From a virus (taxonomy: Duplodnaviria > Caudoviricetes): a stretch of 39,532 nucleotides of DNA. Under the pieces are notes generated by a model that worked only from the letters and a program-made list of their open reading frames with translations, was not told the origin of the DNA and searched no databases. Position numbers and translations under genes: made by a program. The stretch is taken from positions 1 to 39,532 of IMG/VR virus record IMGVR_UViG_3300037046_000003, one strand, 5' to 3'. Shown here in pieces: positions 24,087 to 33,781 of the stretch (position 1 is its first letter; each line of letters begins with the position of its first letter).

Positions 24087-24442
24087 CAGGATGCCTCCTG
24101 GAGATGGGCTGACTTGTTCTCGATCAACCAGAGGGCAAACTCAGGGTTGTCCTGGAGGACACCATTGAGCCCCGATGCAAGGGCAGAGACGACAGCCTCC
24201 TCCTCGATAGGGAATACCAGCTTCATTGTGTAGCAGATGGCGTGCAGGGCTTCATGGAGAACCGTGTCGGCTTCTTCCACAAGGCTCTGGTTGCCGTCAA
24301 TGGTAATGATCTGGTGCATGTTGTCGCAGGACCCTACTCGATCCTGGCCAAGGACCCCTGCTTGCTCGTAGTTGAAACTGTAGGTCCTGCCGAAGACACG
24401 GAGGGTGTCCGGGCAGATCAAGACGGGCTTCTTACGGGCCAC
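24086..24442 (-). CDS. Small HExxH zinc-metallopeptidase-like protein
   Basis: DTVLHEALHAI...EEEAV motif. Confidence 0.65.
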   Translation of the reverse strand: MARKKPVLICPDTLRVFGRTYSFNYEQAGVLGQDRVGSCDNMHQIITIDGNQSLVEEADTVLHEALHAICYTMKLVFPIEEEAVVSALASGLNGVLQDNPEFALWLIENKSAHLQEAS

Positions 24443-24659
24443 TTACAGGGTCCCCTTCGTCGTACTCGATGGACTTTGCACAGTGGCCCTTGTCAAAGAT
24501 GTCCAGGAAGCGACAGAGCACACAGCCCCATCGCTTGCCTTTTAGTTGAGCCTTGCCGGCCCTGCTGGATACAGTCTCATCGGGGTCCCCACCAGTGACG
24601 GTAGAGAGCCCCTGGTCGAGCCATATGAGAATGTTCCAGAGGTAGGTGGGCATGGTCAT
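24432..24659 (-). CDS. Small phage hypothetical protein
   Basis: LDQ...GGDPDETVSSRAG...LCRFLD...HC motif, which I recall from ORFs near phage tail and lysis genes. Confidence 0.75.
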   Translation of the reverse strand: MTMPTYLWNILIWLDQGLSTVTGGDPDETVSSRAGKAQLKGKRWGCVLCRFLDIFDKGHCAKSIEYDEGDPVSGP

Positions 24660-25084
24660 GCTTCGATGGTGTTAGCGAACCGGAACATATCGTCCAGTTG
24701 CCCCTCAGAGAGTCCGAGGGTGCCGGCCATCGCGGTGACCAGCGGGCTATTACGGCGGAAGATTGAGGCATCCGCCCATGCCAGCCTGGCGAAGGCATCC
24801 GTTTCAGGAGCTGCCATCATGGCTTCGACACCGGCCAGGAGGTTAGTCTGAAGGAGCATCGCACGGGCCTGGAAGCGGCTAATGGAGGCCGGAACTGGGA
24901 TTGGCGGGGTCACGTAGGGTGCGATAGGGCCGAGTTTGCCGAGGGTGGCATCCTGGAAGATTTCAGTTCCAAGGGGCTCACTCGGGTGGGGGGTCGCCGT
25001 GAAGGGAATCCACCCGAATACTGGGTGGTTGATTTCGCAGTCGATGGAACCAGCCGCGTTGTATTGAGGGTTTCTGATGTCCAT
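24656..25084 (-). CDS. Tail fibre assembly/chaperone-like protein
   Basis: IDCEINHPVFGWIPFTA...GPIAPY N-terminus, directly after the fibre gene. Confidence 0.7.
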   Translation of the reverse strand: MDIRNPQYNAAGSIDCEINHPVFGWIPFTATPHPSEPLGTEIFQDATLGKLGPIAPYVTPPIPVPASISRFQARAMLLQTNLLAGVEAMMAAPETDAFARLAWADASIFRRNSPLVTAMAGTLGLSEGQLDDMFRFANTIEA

Positions 25085-25876
25085 TTAGCTGATCCTTTGG
25101 AAAAGCGTGACGTTGCCGGTGCCTGAGTAGTTCATGCCTGAGTAGTTCATGCCTGTCCCTAAGGCTCTCCACGTTCCAGTTAATACAGCACCTGTAACAA
25201 GCACACCGCCGTCCGCAATTGCCGAGGCGTTAAGCGCAGACCCAGCGTAGGTAGTGCCAGCCACTGGGCCCACGGAAGTGCTGCCATGCCGGGCGAAGCA
25301 GAAGCTCCCAACTGCGTTGTGCCCGTGGTCCTTCTTCACGTACTTGCCAGCGCCACCGGTGACGGTCTCGAAGGTGCTGGCGTGAAAGCCATCCAACAGG
25401 TCCGCATCGAGGCCACTGCCGGCGCCATCAGCAGCGAGAACGTCTGTCATGCTGAAGCCACCGACGGAGACATTCCCGGCCTGCCCATTCACTGTAAGGA
25501 CACCAGTATTGGCCACGGTAGGAGCCCCTGATTGGCCGTCGCCGTTGGTCACAGAGATGCCTGTGCCAGCGGTGAGGGTGCGGGACACAGCGCCAGAGGC
25601 GGTCTTCACAACCAGGCCCTGTCCAGTAGGGGCAGTCATCGCCCCGATAGCGCCCATTACGTTGGCCTTCTCGCCTACGGTAAGGGACTGCGCCTGGTCA
25701 AACCGAACCACACCAGTCAAGGATGATTCCTTGGCCAGTGCTTGGCCCCCAGCGGTGGCCCCGTCATGGACCACTACGGTCTTCTTCGTGGTATCCACGG
25801 TAATTTCACCCTGGGCACCCGTGAAGGTTCCGTGCTGGGCGGTAGTTCCCCGGCGCAAGCGGAGGGAAGTTGTCAT
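25085..25876 (-). CDS. Tail fibre/receptor-binding protein with an Mtd-N-like N-terminus
   Basis: LRRGTTAQHGTFTGAQGEITVDTTKKTVVVHDG (Mtd_N-like), GSGLDADLLDG motif and GTWRALG...LFQRIS C-terminus. Confidence 0.8.
   Translation of the reverse strand: MTTSLRLRRGTTAQHGTFTGAQGEITVDTTKKTVVVHDGATAGGQALAKESSLTGVVRFDQAQSLTVGEKANVMGAIGAMTAPTGQGLVVKTASGAVSRTLTAGTGISVTNGDGQSGAPTVANTGVLTVNGQAGNVSVGGFSMTDVLAADGAGSGLDADLLDGFHASTFETVTGGAGKYVKKDHGHNAVGSFCFARHGSTSVGPVAGTTYAGSALNASAIADGGVLVTGAVLTGTWRALGTGMNYSGMNYSGTGNVTLFQRIS
25120..25155. repeat. 15-bp tandem duplication in the fibre tip
   Basis: TGCCTGAGTAGTTCA x2 plus TGCCTG, encoding GMNYS-GMNYS. Confidence 0.9.
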
Positions 25877-26706
25877 TAGGTCAATACTCCTAGATCAATT
25901 GATGCTGCAAGGGAGGCGCCTGTTACAGAGCCAGCAGTGGGAGCCCCCACGTAGGAGGCTGCGAGGGCTGCGGAGGCGGCTGCTTCGGCTGCTTTGGTGG
26001 TGGCTACCGCTTCGGCCGTGGTAGCGGCTAGCTGCACTGCCTCCATATCGGCTACTGCTTCTTGGATGGCTGGGAGCACGGCGGCGGCATCCTGGATGGC
26101 CTCCATGTTCTCGGCACAGGACCGAATGGCAGAGATGGCACCTACAGGGCTTGGGTTAGGGGCCTCCAGGACGCTCCCGAAGTCGAACTCAAGGAGCCCT
26201 GCGGAGGTCAAGTCGGTTGCAATCGCCCGGATGTCGGGAAGATGCTCCCCAACGAGGACTACATCCGGGTATTGATACTGTAGCGTCCGCACATTGACGG
26301 CATCGCCGGGGTTGAGGGCATCGCCGAGGCCACTGATGCGCTTGTCCAGGGCATGGTAGGTCCCGTCAGGGCCTTCCTGGATGGATTCAGCGCCCGCATC
26401 GAACGACTCCTGGGCCATGAAGAACATCTGGAGGTTGGCCGTGTCGAGGTCGCGCTCGGTGAGTACGGAACCATCCGCAAAATCCACCATACGTTCGTCA
26501 CGGGTAGTGCTGCGGAGGATGGTCACCACTACGTTGGCCGGCGGCACGCTATCCAGTTGGACGGCGAAGGCGTTGAGCCATGTAAATGCTGGGGTTGGGA
26601 CACCATCCAGGAGGACCTCCACATGGCTCTTATCCATGTAGGGGAAGGGGACCGTGAATACCGAGGTCCCGCCTGTTGAGATGTACTTGATTCTTGAGTA
26701 AGCCAT
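25876..26706 (-). CDS. Tail fibre adaptor (T7 gp17 N-terminal domain)
   Basis: FTVPFPYMDKSHVEV, RSTT...VDFADGSVLTERDLD and DAVN motifs. Confidence 0.88.
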   Translation of the reverse strand: MAYSRIKYISTGGTSVFTVPFPYMDKSHVEVLLDGVPTPAFTWLNAFAVQLDSVPPANVVVTILRSTTRDERMVDFADGSVLTERDLDTANLQMFFMAQESFDAGAESIQEGPDGTYHALDKRISGLGDALNPGDAVNVRTLQYQYPDVVLVGEHLPDIRAIATDLTSAGLLEFDFGSVLEAPNPSPVGAISAIRSCAENMEAIQDAAAVLPAIQEAVADMEAVQLAATTAEAVATTKAAEAAASAALAASYVGAPTAGSVTGASLAASIDLGVLT

Positions 26707-26719
26707 AGTCCTCTAAAGG

Positions 26720-26749
26720 GAACCCCTCCAGGTTGTCCTGAAGGGGCTC
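26720..26749 (-). other. Hairpin between the gp16-like and gp17-like genes
   Basis: GAGCCCCTTCAGG-ACAA-CCTGGAGGGGTTC. Confidence 0.55.
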
Positions 26750-26760
26750 GAAAGGTGCTA

Positions 26761-29700
26761 CTAGAAGGGGAGGATTGGGTTCCCGGAGAGGGCGGCAGAG
26801 GCGTTCTTCTTCTCCGCCTGCCAGCGTTCGCGTAGCTCGGCGTCCTCGGCGAGGAGCATCCGGGTGGCCACGAACTTGGCGCGGGCATGGAGGTTCTGGA
26901 TGACCTTCTCCTTGCCATCCTGGTAGTCCGGGTTGCCCTCGGTCAGGGTGGTGTAGGCGGGGTCGTCCAGGCGGGAAGCCAAGGACTCCTTGAAGAGGGT
27001 CCCTGCCGTGGTCACCAGTTTGTCGTACTGCTCGGGGCTCAGGTCGATGCCCTTGGCGCCTGATGCGGTAGCCAGGGTCTTCGGCGGCTGGCGGAGGTCG
27101 ATGTTCAGACGGGCCAGCTCCTGGGCCAGCGGATCGGTGCTTTCTACCGTGGTCCGGAAGGGGCTCACGATGTCCGGGCCGAGGCCTCCAATGACCGAGG
27201 TGGGCTCACCGAACACGTTGCGCTTCGGCGGGAGGTCCTTGGAGAGGCCCGGAATGCGATTCCGTAGGGCATCCGTGAAGGACCACACCTCGCGAACCAA
27301 TGGGTCATCCTCACGGCGTACCGCATTGACGACAGCCGGGACGGTGGAACCCAAGAGACCCTGGAGGTACTTCTCCATCCGGGCCTCCGGCTGGCTCATC
27401 GCTTCGATGAACTGAACGACACCGCTGGCGTAGGACTTCGAGACCAAGTTCCGGGACACAGCCAGGACGGCCATGGCGGAAAGTTCATCGACCTCGGAGG
27501 AATCCAGGTTGCCCGACAGATCAACCACATCGGCTGCCATCCCCAGGAACATCCCGAAGGGGTCCATACGGTTGTAGGCAATGTACTTGGCACCAACCTT
27601 GACCGAGTAGGGCTGCCAGCCGGAGAGGCGCTCGGCGGTGTTGATCTTCTCGCCACCACCTGTGATGAGGCCCTGAGCTGCCATGTAGCCGGCAGCGGCG
27701 TACATCGCCCCACCCATCGTGGTCCGGGCCAGCATCATGTCTCGGCGGGCTCCACCAGCGGCGAAGTCCTCACGGACGCTCTTGGCCAGCAGGTTCAGAC
27801 CGGGAGTGCGGACACCCACGAACTTCATGATGTTGGTTGGGGTGCGGACGAACGGGACCAGCCAGCGGCCTCCAGGGGTCTTCCGGATCAGCTCGGAGGC
27901 GGTCTGCCCGATGTCCCCCAGCGGTGCCGTGAAGGTTCCCTTGCGGGCAGCATCCAGGGCCAGGCCGGCGACTTCCGGAGTCGGGTCTTCCACCAGCTCC
28001 GCCACACGCTTGAACAAGGCGTCCCCGTGGAGACCCTCAGCGGTGGCCTGTCGGTACGCCTGTGCCTTCAGCTCACCACGGTAGTGGATCGTCTTGAAGA
28101 TTTCGTCAGAGGTCGTCAGGAGTCTGCCGGGGGTCCGGATGAGGGCACCCAGGCCATCGGCCGTCATACCCAAGGCAGTCTTCGGGTCGATGCTCATGGC
28201 GGAGGCCGAGATGGCGCCCCCTTGGAGGTCGTACTCACGGGTGCCGTAGGCTGCGTTATCCAGCACCGGCATATCCGTAGCGGCAGCCTTCCAGGCGTTA
28301 CCGAACTCCCCAGAGGCATCCTCGATGGTCTCGCGGGCTCCTTGGAAGTTGCCCTGGAGGACATCCCCGCCGGCCCTCTTCAGGGCTCCCATACCGTGGG
28401 CAGTGATGCGGATGGCGTCAGTGAAGCCCTCAGCCATGCCGAACAGTTGGGCCTTGGCTTCACCCAGTTGGATGCCCTCATCACCGGAGCGGAGGACCTT
28501 CCCCCACATACCGGCCACCAGGCGCTCCGCTGGGGAGGCAATGGCTACGATGCCGTTGGACACCATATTGACAGCGTGGGTGACAGGACCGGACAGCAGC
28601 CCATTGACCCAGGCTTCGTAAAGGGCATCCTTGGTCCGGGCCTGCCAGCTCTTACGGATGACCGCATTGAGCTTCTTCGGGTCCGTGATTTCGGACAACT
28701 GCCGGGCGAACAGGATATTAGCGTCGTGCCCACCCATCGCCTGGATGAGTTGGTGGCGCTCATTCACCGCCAGATCAACGGAGGTTGCTGTGATGCGGAA
28801 CTGGCCCAGGGCGCGGGCAATTTCCGTCTGGACGCCCTTCATTTGCGCCTGGATGGCAGCGTGCAGGGCCACATGCTTGCGGAGCGCCAGGATGCCGTCA
28901 GCGTCCCCCGTCTGAGCCAGCTTGGCCAGCCCGGTTACCTTCTCTGCGGAAGCAGCCAGGAGGGCGCGGTGGGCAAGGACTCGACCGGCCAGGTTATTGG
29001 TGCCCTTGTAGAGGTCCTTGAGGGACTCCGTACCGGCGCCCAGCTCCTCAGCCAGCTCCTTCATGTCAGCGAAGGATTGCGTCCCGTGCTTGGCCAGGGA
29101 GGTCTCCTTCTCAAACACGGCGGAGAAGGCATCGATGGTCTCCTTCACATCATCGGCCGTGTCGATATGGGAGAAGTTGAAGTCGGACTCCTTCACGGCT
29201 TTCACCAGGGACTCCATACCTCCTTCTTGCGCGGCCTTCACCAGGGTGGAGACATTGGCGCCTGTAATCACTGGGGCCTTCTTCACGGTCACCAGCGGGG
29301 CCACGTTAGCGACCTCCGGCCGGGACATCCGAACAACTTCCGGATGCGGCGCATCAATGACAGCCCGTTCGTGGCCCTTGAGGACCTTCGAGGCGCCCAC
29401 CTTGATACCGAAGCCTGCCAGCATCCCGATACCTGCCAGGGACATCCGTTCAGCGAACGTGGCGTCATCTTCGGCGGACAGGAAACCAACTACGCCACCG
29501 GCCTGGGTGGAGACCAGATTGGCCAGAAGGGAGGGCGACACGAAGCCGCCTTGTTGCTTACCGACAGCCCGAAGGAGCTTCTCATTGTTGGCGGCAATGG
29601 CATCCACCAGGGGGTCCCCGGCGGTGTCCAGCTTGTCCGCCTGCCGGCCGGTCAGCTTGGTGGCGTGATCGAACAGGCCTCCATCCTTCTTCTTGAGGAG

Positions 29701-31197
29701 GTTGTCCAGCACCTTCTGGGCAGAGGCGGTGTCCCGGCCTTGGTCCGTCAGGGCATCGACACGGGCCTGAGCCTTGGCAATGCGCTCGTCCAGGTCAGCA
29801 CCTTCAGCAGCACCTTTCGATGCACTGGCGGGCTCGGTAGGGGCCTCCTTGAGGGCCTTCTCCTGGAGTTCCTTGTAGCTCTCCAGCATGGCCCGCTCGT
29901 CAGGCGTGTGGTCGGTCTTCTTCAGGACCTCCGGCAGGGCCAGGTCGAGGTCCAATTGCTGCGGTGTGGCTGCTTCCTTGGCGAGGACAACAGAGCCGTC
30001 TTCGGGGTCCAGGAACAGCTTGCGCGGCGCCGGGTCCTCTTCGACCAGCTTCCAGGCGTCCGGGAAGGAAGGGGTGTCCGTAGTAGATACACCCTTCTCG
30101 AATGGGATGGCATCCGGGTCCTCCAGCTTGACCTCCTTGCCGCCCTTCAGGAACTGGTCAGGGTTCCCTTCGGCGCGGCTGGTGGGCAGCGGACCATCGG
30201 CCAGCTCCAGGCCCTTCGGTTGGGCAGCGACATCGGCGTCCTTGAGGGCAGCCTTCATGTCCAGCGCCTTCTGGAACTTGCTCGGGCCGTTGCGCTTGGC
30301 CCCGGTGACCAGCTCAATCTGCTCGGCCAGGCTCAGGTCGGGTGCCTTGGAGGTATCCACAGCCATCGCCGTCAGGTCCTCTTCAGGGGCCTTCGGCTGG
30401 GCCAGCACCTCCACCGGGTCCTTGCCAGCGCCACGGGCCTTACCTACGCCCCAGCGGACAGCCTTAACGAGGCCCTCTGCCGCAGCACCCAGGCCCGCCC
30501 CTTCCAGGGTGTTCTTGGAACGGTTCCAGGCGGCGTTGTCGTTCGGGTCCGTGGAGAGCATCTTGAAGACCTCCTGGCCCATGAACGGGTCATCCTTCGT
30601 CACCTCCATGATGAGGTTCGATAGGTTCCCTTCGGAGGGGTCATTAACGGCGAAGTCAGTGACAGCACCACGGCCCATATTGGCCATGACACCACCGCCC
30701 ACACCACCTGTCAGGGCTGCCGTAGCGGCAAAGCCTGTACCGAACGACACCAGGCCTCGGGCCACCTTACCGGCAGTTGTCTCCGGCTGGGTCACCTTGG
30801 TGGCATCCCATCGCTTGCCCGAAACGATCCCGGCAAGGGAGGTCTGCTCGGCAACACGCTTGGCCTCCTTGGTGCCTGCCTGGACGAACCGGGTAGGGGT
30901 CTGGGCGCGGAGGTTCAGGAAGTTCTCATTGAGCCAGCCGGAGAACTCATCGGCCATGTGGGTGACGTTATAGACGGCATCCTGGACACCACCCACCACG
31001 GCCCGCTTGGCTTCCTGCATGACACCCGGCGAGGTGTCCTTCTTGGGGGCCTGGCTGGGCGCGGCGGGGGCACCTTGCGGGGCCTTCGGCTGCTGCGCCT
31101 GGAGGTACTTCTCATCCGCAGCTAGGAGGGCATCCAGCTCGGTCTTGTGGCGGTCCTTGCGGGTCGCCAGGTAGGCGGAGTTGAAACTATCGGACAT
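26761..31197 (-). CDS. Large internal virion/ejection protein (gp16 position)
   Basis: 1478 aa, syntenic, with C-terminal PFVRTP.N, GWQPYS and RMDPFG motifs seen in podophage ejection proteins. Confidence 0.82.
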   Translation of the reverse strand: MSDSFNSAYLATRKDRHKTELDALLAADEKYLQAQQPKAPQGAPAAPSQAPKKDTSPGVMQEAKRAVVGGVQDAVYNVTHMADEFSGWLNENFLNLRAQTPTRFVQAGTKEAKRVAEQTSLAGIVSGKRWDATKVTQPETTAGKVARGLVSFGTGFAATAALTGGVGGGVMANMGRGAVTDFAVNDPSEGNLSNLIMEVTKDDPFMGQEVFKMLSTDPNDNAAWNRSKNTLEGAGLGAAAEGLVKAVRWGVGKARGAGKDPVEVLAQPKAPEEDLTAMAVDTSKAPDLSLAEQIELVTGAKRNGPSKFQKALDMKAALKDADVAAQPKGLELADGPLPTSRAEGNPDQFLKGGKEVKLEDPDAIPFEKGVSTTDTPSFPDAWKLVEEDPAPRKLFLDPEDGSVVLAKEAATPQQLDLDLALPEVLKKTDHTPDERAMLESYKELQEKALKEAPTEPASASKGAAEGADLDERIAKAQARVDALTDQGRDTASAQKVLDNLLKKKDGGLFDHATKLTGRQADKLDTAGDPLVDAIAANNEKLLRAVGKQQGGFVSPSLLANLVSTQAGGVVGFLSAEDDATFAERMSLAGIGMLAGFGIKVGASKVLKGHERAVIDAPHPEVVRMSRPEVANVAPLVTVKKAPVITGANVSTLVKAAQEGGMESLVKAVKESDFNFSHIDTADDVKETIDAFSAVFEKETSLAKHGTQSFADMKELAEELGAGTESLKDLYKGTNNLAGRVLAHRALLAASAEKVTGLAKLAQTGDADGILALRKHVALHAAIQAQMKGVQTEIARALGQFRITATSVDLAVNERHQLIQAMGGHDANILFARQLSEITDPKKLNAVIRKSWQARTKDALYEAWVNGLLSGPVTHAVNMVSNGIVAIASPAERLVAGMWGKVLRSGDEGIQLGEAKAQLFGMAEGFTDAIRITAHGMGALKRAGGDVLQGNFQGARETIEDASGEFGNAWKAAATDMPVLDNAAYGTREYDLQGGAISASAMSIDPKTALGMTADGLGALIRTPGRLLTTSDEIFKTIHYRGELKAQAYRQATAEGLHGDALFKRVAELVEDPTPEVAGLALDAARKGTFTAPLGDIGQTASELIRKTPGGRWLVPFVRTPTNIMKFVGVRTPGLNLLAKSVREDFAAGGARRDMMLARTTMGGAMYAAAGYMAAQGLITGGGEKINTAERLSGWQPYSVKVGAKYIAYNRMDPFGMFLGMAADVVDLSGNLDSSEVDELSAMAVLAVSRNLVSKSYASGVVQFIEAMSQPEARMEKYLQGLLGSTVPAVVNAVRREDDPLVREVWSFTDALRNRIPGLSKDLPPKRNVFGEPTSVIGGLGPDIVSPFRTTVESTDPLAQELARLNIDLRQPPKTLATASGAKGIDLSPEQYDKLVTTAGTLFKESLASRLDDPAYTTLTEGNPDYQDGKEKVIQNLHARAKFVATRMLLAEDAELRERWQAEKKNASAALSGNPILPF

Positions 31198-32791
31198 TGG
31201 TTTCCTTCTTGAAGTATTCGGAGTAGCGGTGGTACTCGTCGGGGGATAGGACCCCCTTCCGCGCTGCTTCCATTGCTTCCGGAAGACTCTCGAAGGGGAC
31301 CTGATGGAGGGTCACTCGTTCCTGCTGGTCGGCTGTGTAGGCCAGGCGGCGCTTGGCGTAGCGGGTGACAATCTCTTCGGCCACTTGCTGCACCTCGGCT
31401 GGGCTCTTGCCTTGGGCACTCTTGACCAGCTCCAGGCGGGCCTGGGCCAGTTGTGCCCGGTCGAACTCATTGCCGGTGCCACTGAAGTCTATGTCGTTCT
31501 TCGGGCGCGGCTTCAGCATCCCCTGGAGGAAGTCTTCCGCTGCCCTGAAGTCCTGAGTCTTGTAGATGGCATCAGCAGCCTTCCCTTCCTGGGCAGCGGC
31601 TGTGCGGTTCTCATGGGTGACCCGCCGGGACTCACTGAGGAGGAACTTGCGCTGGCTGGAGGTGATCTGCCCCTGGGCCTGTGCGTTCAGGAGGTCTCGG
31701 TTGGAGACACCGCCTTGATACACGCGGGCCAGGAGGTCAGTCTCCTTCTCCAGTTGGTTGGCATCAGGCTTGCCATCGACCTTCTCCAGGATGAGCTTCT
31801 CCCACTTGATGAGGTCGTCAGCACGGGTGAAGAGGCCACTCTTCTTGAGGTCCTGGAACATCGCCTGGGCCTTCTTCGGGTCCTCCTCAGCAAAGACACT
31901 GTAGAGGGTCTCGTTCTGGCGCTGGTCGCGGTCCTTCTGGGCACGGGCCTGGGCTGCGCTGTGCGAATGCACCTCGGCAGCATCAATCTGGGCCTTCCAT
32001 GCGGGGTCGAAGTAGAGCCCTGGAGAGCCATCCGGCCGGTCCTGCTTGAGGACATCGAAGGCATCGAAGTGGCCCTCTTCACCGACCTTACGGACGGTCT
32101 CGAAGAGAAGCTCGTTGAACCGCTGGGAGGAGACTCCGAGGTTGCCCCCTACGTGTTCCTGGATGGCCTCGATGTAGCCCTGTGGGATCGGCTGGCCCTG
32201 GCTCACGTAGGAGCGGACGCCGTTATCGATGAGCTGCATGGCGTTGGACTCCACACGGGTCTCTACAGCCTTCCGCTGGTGGTCCAGGTGGGCCTTGCGG
32301 ATGGTCTGAAGGGCCGGGACGATGCCCTTGTTGTAGCCCGAGATGTAGTTCTCATCCGTGATGTTCTTAAGGCGCGTCCCGTGGTTCTCCGCCAGCCACC
32401 CTTCAAGGTCTCCCTTGTCCTTGTCGAACTCGGTCTCGTACTGGGCGAGGAGGGCGGAGCCATCGGCCTGGGCCTTGACCACCCCATCCGTGGCGAAGTA
32501 GGCGCGGAGGTAGGCACCGTTGGACTGCGCCTGCTCTTTACCTGCCAGGGCATCTACAGCGCCTTGCTCACCGGACTTCTCCTCTTCCTTCTTGGCCCAT
32601 TCCGCCAGCTTCGGTTGGAACTGTGCGAGGCCATTGAGGAGGGCTTCGGCATCGTTATCCTGCATCTTCGGGATGTAGGACGGAAGGTTATCGGCAGGGC
32701 CTTGGAAGACCTGTGCCTTGATCTGCCGACCACCCCGCTGGGCATTCTCAACGGGTCGGGCGGTGATCTGTGTTTGTGTCTGACGGGGCAT
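31187..32791 (-). CDS. Internal virion protein (gp15 position)
   Basis: 534 aa, helical composition, syntenic. Confidence 0.72.
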   Translation of the reverse strand: MPRQTQTQITARPVENAQRGGRQIKAQVFQGPADNLPSYIPKMQDNDAEALLNGLAQFQPKLAEWAKKEEEKSGEQGAVDALAGKEQAQSNGAYLRAYFATDGVVKAQADGSALLAQYETEFDKDKGDLEGWLAENHGTRLKNITDENYISGYNKGIVPALQTIRKAHLDHQRKAVETRVESNAMQLIDNGVRSYVSQGQPIPQGYIEAIQEHVGGNLGVSSQRFNELLFETVRKVGEEGHFDAFDVLKQDRPDGSPGLYFDPAWKAQIDAAEVHSHSAAQARAQKDRDQRQNETLYSVFAEEDPKKAQAMFQDLKKSGLFTRADDLIKWEKLILEKVDGKPDANQLEKETDLLARVYQGGVSNRDLLNAQAQGQITSSQRKFLLSESRRVTHENRTAAAQEGKAADAIYKTQDFRAAEDFLQGMLKPRPKNDIDFSGTGNEFDRAQLAQARLELVKSAQGKSPAEVQQVAEEIVTRYAKRRLAYTADQQERVTLHQVPFESLPEAMEAARKGVLSPDEYHRYSEYFKKETNVR

Positions 32792-33315
32792 TAGGTGGCC
32801 TTCTTAGGTGCGGCAGCCTTCGGGGTGGAGAGGGAGCCGTACGCACTGGCAGCAGCCCCCGCAATCTGAAGGCCGGTCCCGAGTTGTGACGGACGCTGGA
32901 TGCCAGCCAATTGGATGTTCCCCTTGGTGGCACTAGCGAGGCCGCTGGTGTGGGCCTGCCCGTTCTGGTTCCTGCGGTTGCGCTCCAAGGTGGCCATGTC
33001 AAACTGGGAGTTGTTCTCGGCTTCCTGGGAGATGCGCTCCTGGGAGAGACCACCCAGCCCGGATTCCCCAGCCACCGCTCGGATGCGTGCCGAGTCGATG
33101 AGGTAGCCCGTGTGGAGTTGCGCCTGTTCATCCATGGCTGACTCCTGAATTTGCTGATACTGGCGGGCCGTGGCTGCCCGGTCCTTGGCCAGGCCGTCTT
33201 GAACCGCCTGTTCCTGCTTGTTCGCGGCATCTTCCTGGGTCTGCTGGGAGACCACGGCAGAGGCTGCCGAGATAGCCAGCATGGCCACAGCGGCGATGGT
33301 TGTAGGCTCACACAT
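32791..33315 (-). CDS. Internal virion protein (gp14-like)
   Basis: MCEPTT start with a hydrophobic N-terminus, Ala/Gln-rich, AGESGLGG motif. Confidence 0.8.
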   Translation of the reverse strand: MCEPTTIAAVAMLAISAASAVVSQQTQEDAANKQEQAVQDGLAKDRAATARQYQQIQESAMDEQAQLHTGYLIDSARIRAVAGESGLGGLSQERISQEAENNSQFDMATLERNRRNQNGQAHTSGLASATKGNIQLAGIQRPSQLGTGLQIAGAAASAYGSLSTPKAAAPKKAT

Positions 33316-33781
33316 TGCTGTACCTATAGAATTGTCTGAAGGGAGCCTGGTGAGTCCCTACAGGGGTTGTGCCAGGCGTGAAGGTGAAGCCGATCCGGTC
33401 CAGCCATCGGTGATGGACGGTGTTCTCGGCATGGGTGAGGTTGGTCATGTAGTCGCACTGATGCTCCCACCGGGCCACCATCTCCTTGCCTATCCCGACC
33501 AGCTTCATAGGGAACTTGAGAGCCTCGGGGGAGGCCACCAGCCAAGGGACACCTACCTGCTTCCCGTCTAGCGGCAGTAGGGAGATACCCCATAGGGCAA
33601 TGACGCGGCCCTCCAGGACCCCAGCGAAGCATTCATCGGAGTGCAGGACGGAATCGAGGAGGGTTGTCTCAAGGTCGGGACCAGCGGAGAGCATCAGCTC
33701 GGTGGCATCAGCAGGGCGCAGGCGGGGAGCCAGTGATAGGGCATCCGCCACACACCCCTTGCGTACCGTTGGGTGACTCAT
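33308..33781 (-). CDS. gp13-like protein (GNAT-like fold)
   Basis: LAPRLRPADATEL, GVPWLV and NTVHHRWLDRIGF motifs, directly after the gp12-like gene. Confidence 0.78.
   Translation of the reverse strand: MSHPTVRKGCVADALSLAPRLRPADATELMLSAGPDLETTLLDSVLHSDECFAGVLEGRVIALWGISLLPLDGKQVGVPWLVASPEALKFPMKLVGIGKEMVARWEHQCDYMTNLTHAENTVHHRWLDRIGFTFTPGTTPVGTHQAPFRQFYRYSNV

Noticed and set aside
25085-25876. Diversity-generating retroelement suggested by the Mtd-N domain
   Set aside because: I saw no reverse transcriptase, no Avd-like gene and no template repeat copy of the tip.
28027-30624. Long plus-strand ORFs (865 aa here; also 31304-32794, 36375-37874, 8920-9960)
   Set aside because: They are antisense shadows of well-supported minus-strand genes in GC-rich DNA, with no recognisable motifs.
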